Notes under the pieces: model-generated
What the model saw: only the letters and a program-made list of their open reading frames with translations
Database searches by the model: none
Told to the model about the DNA's origin: nothing
In this document: positions 1 to 8,023 of the stretch, piece after piece
How the letters are laid out: every line of letters begins with the position of its first letter
How positions within the stretch are numbered: position 1 is the first letter of the stretch
Origin: a virus
Reading direction: 5' to 3' (one strand)
Virus record (IMG/VR): IMGVR_UViG_3300032219_000648
Length of the DNA: 37,929 nt
Translations under genes and position numbers: made by a program

Positions 1-123
1 ATCCCGGCGACTATAAGGTCTATACGAAAGGCAAGTAATGGCCAAGAAGAGTGGTGTTAAAGATATGTCGTGGCGGCCGCAGCCGAAAGCTAAACGTCGC
101 CACAAACCCGACGGGCTTCGCCA
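1..123. repeat. Terminal direct repeat copy 1 (identical to 37807-37929); circular-closure overlap or terminal redundancy
   Basis: I compared the two ends base by base; 123/123 are identical. Bases 1-38 duplicate the 3' end of the 1056-aa gene. Confidence 0.95.
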
Positions 124-169
124 TCGTAAGTCTTTGGGGCCACGCAGTCACTTGCGAACTAGCTTCTAA
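38..169 (+). CDS. 43-aa highly basic peptide (MAKKSGVKDMSWRPQPKAKRRHKPDGLRHRKSLGPRSHLRTSF), hypothetical
   Basis: The ATG overlaps the stop of the 1056-aa gene (TAATG). GAAAGG lies 6 nt upstream. It is below the 60-aa cutoff of the ORF track. Very K/R-rich. Confidence 0.45.
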   Translation: MAKKSGVKDMSWRPQPKAKRRHKPDGLRHRKSLGPRSHLRTSF

Positions 170-186
170 TACTATACACACCTCCC

Positions 187-714
187 ATGAAGTTCATGGG
201 CATTGATCCCGGCGCGTTCGGGGCTATCGCTATTCTGGATAAGGATAGCCGAGAACTTGTCGTCATCGACATGCCTACCTTAAAGGTCAAGCGCGGGCCG
301 CGTGTCGTCAATCAGGTTGACGCACACATGCTGGCCGATGCTTTGCGCGGTCACGTCACTGCCGATACTTCCGCTCTCATCGAGAAAGTCCACGCCATGC
401 CGGGTCAAGGTGTGTCCTCGATGTTCAGTTTTGGCAGAGCAGCCGGTATCGTTGAAGGCGTGCTTGCTGGCCTGTCTGTACCTTTTCAGTTGATACCGCC
501 TGCGACTTGGACTAAATCTATGCGCACGTTCGGAGGGAAGGACGGCAGTCGGCAGCGGGCACAAGAGTTGTTCCCGGATTACGCCCATCTCTTCGCACGG
601 AAAAAGGACGACGGCCGTGCAGAAGCTGCGCTTCTCGCCTGTTACGCCGCTGAGAGGGAACAACATGAACCACCTATTCGATTACCAAAAAGTCGGCGCA
701 GACTTTCTTTGTAA
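187..714 (+). CDS. RuvC-like Holliday junction resolvase
   Basis: N-terminal MGIDPGAFGAIAIL (catalytic Asp), IEKVHAMPGQG, and C-terminal KKDDGRAEAALLA. These are typical of the RuvC/phage resolvase fold. Confidence 0.85.
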   Translation: MKFMGIDPGAFGAIAILDKDSRELVVIDMPTLKVKRGPRVVNQVDAHMLADALRGHVTADTSALIEKVHAMPGQGVSSMFSFGRAAGIVEGVLAGLSVPFQLIPPATWTKSMRTFGGKDGSRQRAQELFPDYAHLFARKKDDGRAEAALLACYAAEREQHEPPIRLPKSRRRLSL

Positions 715-1948
715 GAACCCCGCCGCATTCCTTGCCGATGAGCAGGGCCTTGGAAAAACACTTCAAGTTATCGCAGCCTGTGATACACTCGGCCTGACAA
801 AGGTCGTTGTGATCTGCCCGGCCATTGCCAAGATTAACTGGCGTCGTGAGTTCGAGCGATGGGGAACCGTCGAGCGCGAAGTCAAGGTGTTCAGCTACGA
901 CAAGATCACACAATCGAAGGAGGTCCGCAATGAAATCGCAAAGTTTGAGCCAGACGTTCTTGTCTTGGATGAAGCGCATTATCTCAAGAACCGTACTGCT
1001 AAGCGCACAAAGTATCTATATGGTCAGTACTGTCGCGGCGATGGCCTTGTTCGTTTCGCTGATCGTGTTTGGCTTCTTAGCGGTACTCCCATTCCTAATA
1101 ACGTCAGCGATTTCTGGACGCATCTCAAAGCGATTTGGCAGTACCCTTTAAACTTCGCCGACTTTACGATGTATTTTTGCAAGACTTGGAGCGGTCAGTT
1201 CGGTCTTCAAGTTCTTGGCAATAAGACCGAACGCATGGCCGAGTTCAAGACCGTGCTGAAAGCAATCATGCTGCGCCGTAAAGGCGAGGTTGTGCTGAAA
1301 GATTTGCCGCCGATCTGGTGGCAAGACGCACCCGTCGAGATTGATAACTGGAACGACAGAAAACATATCGACGATCCACGCCAAGCCGAAGCGGTCGATA
1401 TGATCCTCGCGCATTCGCTGACAAATCAAGACTTGTCTACCGAGATCGAGAGCATCGCCCCGCACATCGCGTCACTACGTCGGCTGACAGGTGTGGCCAA
1501 GGCAGCGCCCATTGCCACACAGATAGCGGGCGAGTTGGCTGATGATGCCTACGACAAGATAGTAATCTTTGCCTACCATACCGACGCAATCCAGACGCTT
1601 TACGATAGGCTGAAGGACTTCAATCCGGTCGTTGTTGCAGGAGGTATGCCAACGGCTGAACGCCAAGCGGCGATTGATAACTTCCAGACTGACCCAAAGG
1701 TGCGCGTATTCATCGGCCAGATCACGGCGTGTTCCACAGCAATCACATTGACGGCTGCAAATCAGGTGGCGTTTGTGGAGATGGATTGGGTTCCGGCGGT
1801 GAACGCGCAGGCGGCTAAGCGTTGCCACCGTATCGGCCAGACAAAGCCCGTGATCGTGCGGACCTTTGGCCTTGTCAATTCTGTTGATGAGATTGTGGCT
1901 AAAACCTTAGCCAAGAAAGCCCAGATGATTTCGGAGGCTTTAGATTGA
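665..1948 (+). CDS. SNF2/DEAD-like helicase
   Basis: Motif I LADEQGLGKT, motif II VLDEAHYLKN, LLSGTPIPN, and motif VI QAAKRCHRIGQTKPV. I prefer the start at ATG 665 (GAGAGGGA upstream, MNHLFDYQ) over the track start at 617. Confidence 0.9.
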   Translation: MNHLFDYQKVGADFLCKNPAAFLADEQGLGKTLQVIAACDTLGLTKVVVICPAIAKINWRREFERWGTVEREVKVFSYDKITQSKEVRNEIAKFEPDVLVLDEAHYLKNRTAKRTKYLYGQYCRGDGLVRFADRVWLLSGTPIPNNVSDFWTHLKAIWQYPLNFADFTMYFCKTWSGQFGLQVLGNKTERMAEFKTVLKAIMLRRKGEVVLKDLPPIWWQDAPVEIDNWNDRKHIDDPRQAEAVDMILAHSLTNQDLSTEIESIAPHIASLRRLTGVAKAAPIATQIAGELADDAYDKIVIFAYHTDAIQTLYDRLKDFNPVVVAGGMPTAERQAAIDNFQTDPKVRVFIGQITACSTAITLTAANQVAFVEMDWVPAVNAQAAKRCHRIGQTKPVIVRTFGLVNSVDEIVAKTLAKKAQMISEALD

Positions 1949-1988
1949 GAAGGGCCGGTGGGCGACTTCCAAACTCCCCCGGCCCTTC
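1949..1988. terminator. GC-rich hairpin between convergent genes (possible bidirectional terminator)
   Basis: GAAGGGCCGG (1949-1958) pairs perfectly with CCGGCCCTTC (1979-1988). It sits between the stop codons at 1946-1948 (+) and 1996-1998 (-). The loop is long and there is no clean T-run. Confidence 0.4.
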
Positions 1989-1995
1989 CCTTCAT

Positions 1996-2556
1996 TTAGA
2001 GCAAATCGTCAAGGTCCGAGATGTCTGCGGACGGACGTTCCGTCGCAGTGAACTCGTCCGCAGCAGACAGACGGCCGTCCATACGGGGGCCATCGCCTAC
2101 CTTCTGAAGATTGCCCAGTGAGAAGGCAACGCCATTGTTGCCGTTCACGCTGTACGCATACGCCCGCAGTGAGGCGCGAACCTTTGCACCCGGATAGATT
2201 TCCTTGGGGTCAGTAATCGGAGCAGGCTTGCCGTTCTCGCCAGCAAACTTGCTGACAACACCGGGCTGCTGCTTCGACTTGACGTTCATGAAGACCGACC
2301 CTTCAGGGTAGCCCTTCTCTTCGCCATCGTTGCGGAAAGGCATACGGATTTTGCCGCCTTCCATCAACGCCTTGGTCTTGTCTCCCCACTTCTCCTTGGC
2401 CACAGCAGCCGCCGTCGCCTTCAGTTCGGACATGTCAGTCCCGTCAAGGAATACAAGGCAGCAAGAATAAACTGGCTCACTTGCACCCGGAGGGGTCTGT
2501 GGTTCGAACACATGCGGATAAGAGATGATTGCTTCAGGTGTAATAACTTTTGACAT
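1996..2556 (-). CDS. Single-stranded DNA-binding protein, T7 gp2.5-like (DUF2815-type)
   Basis: MSKVITPEAIISYPHVFEP N-terminus and an acidic C-terminal tail DISDLDDLL. It lies in the SSB-exonuclease-PolA module. The start at 2556 has an AAGGAAA SD. Confidence 0.75.
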   Translation of the reverse strand: MSKVITPEAIISYPHVFEPQTPPGASEPVYSCCLVFLDGTDMSELKATAAAVAKEKWGDKTKALMEGGKIRMPFRNDGEEKGYPEGSVFMNVKSKQQPGVVSKFAGENGKPAPITDPKEIYPGAKVRASLRAYAYSVNGNNGVAFSLGNLQKVGDGPRMDGRLSAADEFTATERPSADISDLDDLL

Positions 2557-2566
2557 CGGTGTTTCC

Positions 2567-3712
2567 TTATTCAACGGTAAAGTCATCAATCGCTAATGTA
2601 GCGATTGCTGGACGGTTATCTGTATCAGCGACCATTGATGTGCCGGATGATACAGCGATGACGAGCGATGTCGGCAAGTTCTTCTTGCCCACGATACGCT
2701 CGATCTGAGGTGGCGACTTCAACTTCTTTTCGTAGATGTCGTCGTCATCCAGACCTTCTTGTGCGGCCCAAGCCACAAATTCTTCTTCGACACGCCAGCG
2801 ACGGGTCGGTCGTTTCTCAACCAGCTTGTAGCCGGGAAGCCCATCGCCAGTTTCAAGCAAGCTATTGGCGTGGCGGCGCAGAGATTTAATCCACTCTTCG
2901 ATCAGCGGAACCCGTTCCAAATAGTCCGCGACTTCCTGCGGAGTTAGGTCATTGACGGTTCGTACTGTGCCGAACTCGTCTTGTGCGACTGCAAGGGCGT
3001 TGTTGCGCAGGGCCGAACAGGTTCCCGCCGCTAGACAGAATTTGCAGTGATCGCCAGAAATGCGCGGTGCGTCCGGCTTCATGGCTGCGTGCGCTGCGTC
3101 AATAAGGTCTGTGCCGAAGTCCATGATTTCGTCACGGGTGTAGCTGTACTGCCGTATCGGCCCGTCGGGATGCGAGGCGCGTGGTTGGATAACAACCGTC
3201 ACGACCTTGTTGACCGGAGCCTTATCGCCGATTTCTAATATGCCTCCGAGCGCATAATATTTAAGCTGCTCGTTATGCTCGACTTCAACCGCGACACCTT
3301 GGCCGTGCTTATAGTCAAGGACGTAGAGCGTGCCGCTCTCTTTGCCATAGATGATACAGTCGGCCGTGCCGAACATCGGCATGGGCGGATCGAGTTTGTC
3401 GAGGCTGAAGCGTTTCTCATAGCGGCATAGGCTTGGTTCCAACGCGGCTGTTGCGCGGATGTGGTCGATGTAAACCTGCACCGCACGGGCCATGTTATCG
3501 TCAACCTTGTGGCCGTTATGCTCTTCGCCAATGAAGGCGAAGGCATCTTCATGTCCATTGACTAAGCAGAACTCACCAAGTTCGTGCGCCGCTGTACCAA
3601 GTTCGGCGTAGGGTGAACTCTCGTTAGGAAATGGGGCCTCAGCTTCTAACGAGCCGGGGCAGTTGATGCGGCGCTTCGCATTCGACGCGCCAAACTTTGC
3701 GTGTGCTGTCAT
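2567..3712 (-). CDS. PD-(D/E)XK exonuclease with Cas4-like Cys cluster (DUF2800-type)
   Basis: N-terminal INCPGS Cys plus C-terminal CKFCLAAGTC (a 4-Cys Fe-S type arrangement). Nuclease core VLDYKHGQG. The start ATG at 3712 overlaps the polymerase stop (ATGA). Confidence 0.8.
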   Translation of the reverse strand: MTAHAKFGASNAKRRINCPGSLEAEAPFPNESSPYAELGTAAHELGEFCLVNGHEDAFAFIGEEHNGHKVDDNMARAVQVYIDHIRATAALEPSLCRYEKRFSLDKLDPPMPMFGTADCIIYGKESGTLYVLDYKHGQGVAVEVEHNEQLKYYALGGILEIGDKAPVNKVVTVVIQPRASHPDGPIRQYSYTRDEIMDFGTDLIDAAHAAMKPDAPRISGDHCKFCLAAGTCSALRNNALAVAQDEFGTVRTVNDLTPQEVADYLERVPLIEEWIKSLRRHANSLLETGDGLPGYKLVEKRPTRRWRVEEEFVAWAAQEGLDDDDIYEKKLKSPPQIERIVGKKNLPTSLVIAVSSGTSMVADTDNRPAIATLAIDDFTVE

Positions 3713-5616
3713 TTCCGATACCTCTTTCCTTCTTTGCCCTCGGCGTTGATCGGGCAGCCTTCGGCCCATGCAGGAACTTGTGTCATGATGTCAATCATTT
3801 CATCGAGCGAACCGAAATCATCCGGCACTTCGCAGATGATTTCATCGTGGACGGACAGGATTACGTTGTAGCCTTTAAGTTCCAACGCCATCATGGCCGT
3901 GGCCATCATGTCGCGGGCGGTTGCTTGCACCACGTTCTCCGTCAGTAGACCGCCCCAGATAATCTGGGATGTCCACTGTCGCGTCACACTATTCAGCGTA
4001 TCGACTTGGGCTGTGTCGCGCATAGCCCCCCAAGGTGTCTCTCGCTGAATGATGCGCGGATTGTGGTATGTAAGCAACCGCCCGCTAGGTAGTGGAAGCT
4101 TGACCGACCCAACACGGCCAGCGTCCTTCACCATCTCTACAAAATCATTCTCAACATCGCGCCAGTATTGCGCGATCCGGTTATTCTTTTCACGGTAGAC
4201 GGCCACGATGCGCTTAGCTTCGTCCTCGTCCACCCTGATCCCCATACTGGCGCACTGTTCGGCAAAGCGTTTGCCGCCCATGCCATAGCCGCAACCCAAG
4301 ATTGCCATCTTACCAACCTGCCGCTGTCCGTCAGTGACGCTATCCACGCCCACGTTGTAGATGGCCGATGCCATTTCTTTATACACGTCTCCCCCCTTTC
4401 GGAACGTCTCAACGAGATCGCTCTGCCCTGCTACCCACGCAAGAACGCGGGCTTCAATCGCCGAGTAGTCGGCGAACATAAGACGGTGGCCCTCATCGGC
4501 TACCAGCATCGAGCGCAACAGGTCGGACGCTAGGACCGTTCCGGCCCCATGTTGCGACACATCCTCGCCCGCTTTAAGTTTGGCGATGATTTCGTCCAAC
4601 TCGTCTTGTTTCTTTTGCGGACGGGGGAAGTTCTGTGGCTGCACCAACTTGCCCGACCAGCGGCCAGTCGCAGCGCCATGATAGACAAGAAGGCCGCGCA
4701 TCCGTCCGTCCGCGTTCACCGCGTGCAGCATCGCATCATACTTGGCTGTGCTGGACTTGGCTCCGTTCTGCCGGAGTTTCAGAACCTCACGGATTACAGG
4801 ATGCAATCGGTCAAAAGATAACAGCCGACCAACGGTTTGTTTGTCAACAGACTTGGCGCGGATGCCATGCGCGTTTAGCCACGCGGTCAAGTCCATCGCA
4901 TTTGTTGCGGCTTTGACTTGGCCTTTGGTGAGGCGTTGGATTTCCGCGTCAATCTCTAGGCTGGCGTTGTTCGCCAGTTCCTTAACGCGATGCACTAAGT
5001 CAACGTCGAGGCCCACGCCCCGGTCGTTGATGCGCTGATCGAGTTGATACAGACGGCGCTCACTGTCGGGCATTGCGTGCAGTGTCTCTGCGACCGACAG
5101 TTCCGTCCGCACGTCCTGTCGGCAATACGCTACAAGCGCATCAAGTTTATCCTTGGTGTTCCACCATGTGTAGCTGCCGTCGGCGTTCACCTTACGCGGC
5201 CGTGCCATCCGGAGCATAAGGGCCGCGCCGGTTTTGTCCTTCTGTTCTTCAACGCCAAGGACCGCAGCCGCTTGGCCTAGTGAACGGGGCAGACCCATCG
5301 CGCTGGCCTGCGCCATCGTGCAGCGCCATTGCTTAATGTTGGTGCGGGGCCATTGATAACGGCCGACCATGATCTCGTTCCAGATTGTGCGCTCGAAGTT
5401 GGCATTCCATGCCGAGAGCAATCCGCCTGCTATGATCCAGTCTTCAAGGTAGGCATCCATCTCATCGCCCGGCAACCATACCTGCACGTCGTCAGACCAC
5501 GGGGCCTTGTAGGCCATGCACCAGATGTCGGTCGATGGGTCAGAGGCGTACTTATAGACGCCCGTTTTGCGGAGATCGACGGCGCTGCGCGTCTCGAAGT
5601 CAACCGATACAATCAC
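3709..5616 (-). CDS. Family A DNA polymerase with 3'-5' exonuclease domain
   Basis: Exo I VDFETRS, Exo III YCRQDV, motif A FADYSAIEARVLAW, motif B RQVGKMAILGCGYG, motif C LSVHDEIICEV. I prefer GTG 5616 as start because it gives MIVSVDFE (compare T7 MIVSDIE) and forms a GTGA overlap with the upstream stop. The track alternative is 5628. Confidence 0.95.
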   Translation of the reverse strand: MIVSVDFETRSAVDLRKTGVYKYASDPSTDIWCMAYKAPWSDDVQVWLPGDEMDAYLEDWIIAGGLLSAWNANFERTIWNEIMVGRYQWPRTNIKQWRCTMAQASAMGLPRSLGQAAAVLGVEEQKDKTGAALMLRMARPRKVNADGSYTWWNTKDKLDALVAYCRQDVRTELSVAETLHAMPDSERRLYQLDQRINDRGVGLDVDLVHRVKELANNASLEIDAEIQRLTKGQVKAATNAMDLTAWLNAHGIRAKSVDKQTVGRLLSFDRLHPVIREVLKLRQNGAKSSTAKYDAMLHAVNADGRMRGLLVYHGAATGRWSGKLVQPQNFPRPQKKQDELDEIIAKLKAGEDVSQHGAGTVLASDLLRSMLVADEGHRLMFADYSAIEARVLAWVAGQSDLVETFRKGGDVYKEMASAIYNVGVDSVTDGQRQVGKMAILGCGYGMGGKRFAEQCASMGIRVDEDEAKRIVAVYREKNNRIAQYWRDVENDFVEMVKDAGRVGSVKLPLPSGRLLTYHNPRIIQRETPWGAMRDTAQVDTLNSVTRQWTSQIIWGGLLTENVVQATARDMMATAMMALELKGYNVILSVHDEIICEVPDDFGSLDEMIDIMTQVPAWAEGCPINAEGKEGKRYRK

Positions 5617-6215
5617 AGCGCACCCCACTGATCCGCCATCGCAGCGGCGATACCCTTAAACGTAGTGCTGCGCAGTTTCCACCTATCGGCAGATGGTGGT
5701 AGATAATGAAGACGCTGGCGCTGATTATCCGGCAATGCCATCATTGCTTCTTTGACGTTATCCGTCGGCACTAGAGGCGGAAGGTTCTTCAGCCATAGGC
5801 ATGTAGCTTTTTGTTCCATGTGGCCAAACATCCACGGCTGGATAGTCTGGGTCTGTTGCATACCGCCGATCCGCTCTTTGGCATATTTGTGCATCACAGG
5901 GTTCTCAATGGCGATACGCTTAATAGGTGTGTCCCAAAGAGCCTTAAAGAAAGCAGCGCATTCATCTAGTTTGGCCCAGCGTGTTGGGTCTTTGTGCAGC
6001 CAAGTAACCCCGGCGTTGGTCAAGTAAGTGCAGGGTGGGTGGGCTATCATCAAATCCCAATCATGCCCATGCGCAAGCGCAAGAGCGTCACCTTGGATGT
6101 GCCAATGCGGGTCACCGTCCGTCGGCAACAGGTCACACGACCAAGCGTCGTGTCCTTTAGCCCGAAAAGCATCTCGGACTGTTGCGCTGTACTCGCAAGC
6201 CACTAGAATTTTCAT
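5613..6215 (-). CDS. Truncated C5-cytosine-methyltransferase-like protein (motifs IV and VI only)
   Basis: AHPPCTYLTNAG (PC motif IV) and IAIENPV (ENV motif VI). There is no FxGxG SAM loop (ILVACEYSATV instead) and no target-recognition domain. It is only 200 aa. GAGGGA SD. Confidence 0.6.
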   Translation of the reverse strand: MKILVACEYSATVRDAFRAKGHDAWSCDLLPTDGDPHWHIQGDALALAHGHDWDLMIAHPPCTYLTNAGVTWLHKDPTRWAKLDECAAFFKALWDTPIKRIAIENPVMHKYAKERIGGMQQTQTIQPWMFGHMEQKATCLWLKNLPPLVPTDNVKEAMMALPDNQRQRLHYLPPSADRWKLRSTTFKGIAAAMADQWGAL

Positions 6216-6375
6216 GCTGTTCTTTCCCTCTTTTTGTCGGTGTCACGTTTGCTTTCCGTATAGCTGGCACAAAACATATAGTGCCGTCAACAAAAAAAAG
6301 TTCTTGCATTCGATATTCAACTTGTGCCACCCAAGAAGGGCAACAAGAAAGCACGCAGAAAAAGTAAGGGAGATT
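6216..6375. promoter_or_regulatory. Divergent intergenic control region between the leftward replication operon and the rightward operon
   Basis: 160 bp with no credible ORF lying between divergent starts. It contains the dyad GGCAC-N10-GTGCC (6266-6285), an A8 run and TTGACG on the minus strand. I could not fix exact promoter hexamers. Confidence 0.4.
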
Positions 6376-7146
6376 ATGAACAACCGTTTTACCGCGTGGA
6401 GCGCCGAAGACGACGCCACCCTGATAGGGCTTTACGAGAATAAGCTGACGCACGCGCAGATCGCAGACGTGCTTGGCCGTTCAATCGAAGCGATTGATGC
6501 TCGGCGTAGGAAGCTGGGGCTAAAGCGTGGCGTCATCATACGCAAAGCGCAAACGCCCGATGATTTTGAAGAGATGGCGAAGACCATGAACATGGCACAA
6601 CTCGCTAAACATTACGGCCGTGTTAGGTCAGTAATTTCCCGCTGGGTAGAAGAACTCGAACTTACGGAGATTGTGGCCAACCCACGCGGAAGGACGAAGA
6701 CCGTCCCGCATAACTTTCAAAAGATGGCCCCGACCATGACCCGCGCCGAACTCATGCGGCTTTACCACACTGACCGCCTAACGATTATAGGCTGGCTCAG
6801 GGAAGCAGGTATCTCTTGCCAGTCGATCACGGAACGGCGTGCGCAAAACGCCAAGTCCGCTCCGGTCAAGATTGAGGAAGACGGCCCGGTTGTTCGGCGT
6901 GAGTTCAATGGCCGCACAAAATTGGTCGCCGCTGAAGCTGCGCGTTTTCTGCGCCGCTTCCATTCGTCAGTCCATCGTGCGGATATTAAAATGTATGAGC
7001 ATTCATCTCACACATGGGGCGACGTTAAGAACGTACCCCACCGAGGCATCAATCAGTATTATGTCGCAGGCAAAGGCGTACTGTGGCTCGATGACCTCAT
7101 CGACTACGCTACATCAAAAGGTTTTAAAATGAAGGAGTTAACATAA
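6376..7146 (+). CDS. DNA-binding protein with GcrA/Myb-like N-terminal HTH plus two further HTH-like repeats
   Basis: WSAEDDATLIGLYENKLTHAQIADVLGRSIEAIDARRRKLGL resembles the GcrA N-terminus pattern W-x-x-E...L-W...S-x-x-Q-IA...LG...R-LGL. Further units are MNMAQLAKHYGRVRSVISRWV and MTRAELMRLYHTDRLTIIGWL. The start at 6376 has an AAGGGA SD. The track extension back to 6028 is antisense to the upstream gene. Confidence 0.45.
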   Translation: MNNRFTAWSAEDDATLIGLYENKLTHAQIADVLGRSIEAIDARRRKLGLKRGVIIRKAQTPDDFEEMAKTMNMAQLAKHYGRVRSVISRWVEELELTEIVANPRGRTKTVPHNFQKMAPTMTRAELMRLYHTDRLTIIGWLREAGISCQSITERRAQNAKSAPVKIEEDGPVVRREFNGRTKLVAAEAARFLRRFHSSVHRADIKMYEHSSHTWGDVKNVPHRGINQYYVAGKGVLWLDDLIDYATSKGFKMKELT

Positions 7147-7319
7147 TGGCACGTCCTACAAAAATTATTGACGCTAAAGTTGAAGCAGTTCTCGTAAAGC
7201 CAGTCGTGAATGAGAAGGATGCCCTTCTCGCGTGGCTTCGTTCGCCAAAGATAAATATGTTTGAGCGCAACACACGCTGGCTGGCGGATCGGATTGAAGA
7301 AGGGGATCATTTGAAATGA
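7146..7319 (+). CDS. Hypothetical protein, 57 aa
   Basis: TAATG overlap with the upstream stop, AAGGAG SD 8 nt upstream, and an ATGA overlap with the next ORF. Below the track cutoff. Confidence 0.6.
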   Translation: MARPTKIIDAKVEAVLVKPVVNEKDALLAWLRSPKINMFERNTRWLADRIEEGDHLK

Positions 7320-7501
7320 AACAGTTCATATCCCGTAGAATAAGGAAGCACTTTGAGTTTGGCTTTGGAAAATATAGGGCCTCAGAAAAGTTCGGCTTCG
7401 GTTATTCACGGGTAAAATACGTCAGCCCCGGTAGTCCGAGACTTCGTTGGCATTGGTCGGTTCAATTCGGGAACCGTTATATATGGTTTGTAAAGGTATA
7501 A
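7316..7501 (+). CDS. Hypothetical protein, 61 aa, aromatic/basic with FGFG repeats
   Basis: ATGA coupling and an AAGGGGA SD. Contains HFEFGFGKY and EKFGFGYS. Confidence 0.55.
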   Translation: MKQFISRRIRKHFEFGFGKYRASEKFGFGYSRVKYVSPGSPRLRWHWSVQFGNRYIWFVKV

Positions 7502-7505
7502 TGAA

Positions 7506-7664
7506 ATGACCAACACATCAACAAGCCGAAGATTGTCTGAAGATGAAAAGCGCGGATTGATGGAGCGCGGTGTTGTCGGCACAAAAAACAATCGCATCTG
7601 GGTTGACCTAGCCCCTGCCGACACCGCCAAGTATGGTTTGCGTCGGATTGAGTGGCAACGATAA
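7506..7664 (+). CDS. Hypothetical protein, 52 aa
   Basis: ATG preceded by AAAGG. It continues the same-strand gene chain. Below the track cutoff. Confidence 0.5.
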   Translation: MTNTSTSRRLSEDEKRGLMERGVVGTKNNRIWVDLAPADTAKYGLRRIEWQR

Positions 7665-7686
7665 TTTTTTATATGGGAGAAATGAA

Positions 7687-7752
7687 ATGATCCGCCGCAT
7701 CATCAACTGGATGATTGACCGCATGTTTAAAAACGAAAAGGAGTGGTATTAA
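7687..7752 (+). CDS. Mini-ORF, 21 aa (MIRRIINWMIDRMFKNEKEWY), possible coupling/leader ORF
   Basis: GGGAGA SD 6 nt upstream. The stop overlaps the next start (TAATG at 7750-7754). Confidence 0.3.
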   Translation: MIRRIINWMIDRMFKNEKEWY

Positions 7753-8021
7753 TGAAACAGGTATTAGCAGCACAACTGGCCGAGTGGATTGCCAACAACG
7801 CACGGGGCTACACCAACCGGATCGGGAATAAAATTAAGATTGAAGGGACGATTGATGCCTACGATCTTCTCGTATATGTCCAGTCGCTCCTAGCGGAGAG
7901 AACTACAACGCAAATCCAAGCGGACAACAAAGCGTCTTACACCGGCCGGTATATCGGGACCCTCAACGGCTACCTAGATGTCAATGCTGTGGTTGAAGGT
8001 GGCGACTTTGCAGGGGATTAG
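7752..8021 (+). CDS. Hypothetical protein, 89 aa
   Basis: ATG 7752 has an AAGGAG SD 8 nt upstream. The track start at 7743 is less likely. Confidence 0.65.
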   Translation: MKQVLAAQLAEWIANNARGYTNRIGNKIKIEGTIDAYDLLVYVQSLLAERTTTQIQADNKASYTGRYIGTLNGYLDVNAVVEGGDFAGD

Positions 8022-8023
8022 TA

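Noticed and set aside
120-186. Promoter TTGCGA ... TATACA upstream of the RuvC-like gene
   Set aside because: The spacer is only 15 nt and the region is within or just after the micro-ORF. Support is too weak to annotate.
2501-2509. GGTTCGAAC, resembling a tRNA T-arm, as part of a general tRNA search
   Set aside because: It lies inside the SSB coding frame with no acceptor or anticodon arms around it. I found no cloverleaf-compatible region anywhere in the window.
6265-6285. Sigma54-type promoter (TGGCAC ... TGC)
   Set aside because: The GG and GC elements are about 17 nt apart rather than the required 10. I treat it only as a GGCAC-N10-GTGCC dyad of unknown meaning.
6028-6375. N-terminal 116-codon extension of the 6028-7146 ORF
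   Set aside because: The extension is antisense to the methyltransferase-like gene and crosses the divergent promoter region. An ATG with an AAGGGA SD at 6376 begins the recognisable HTH domain.
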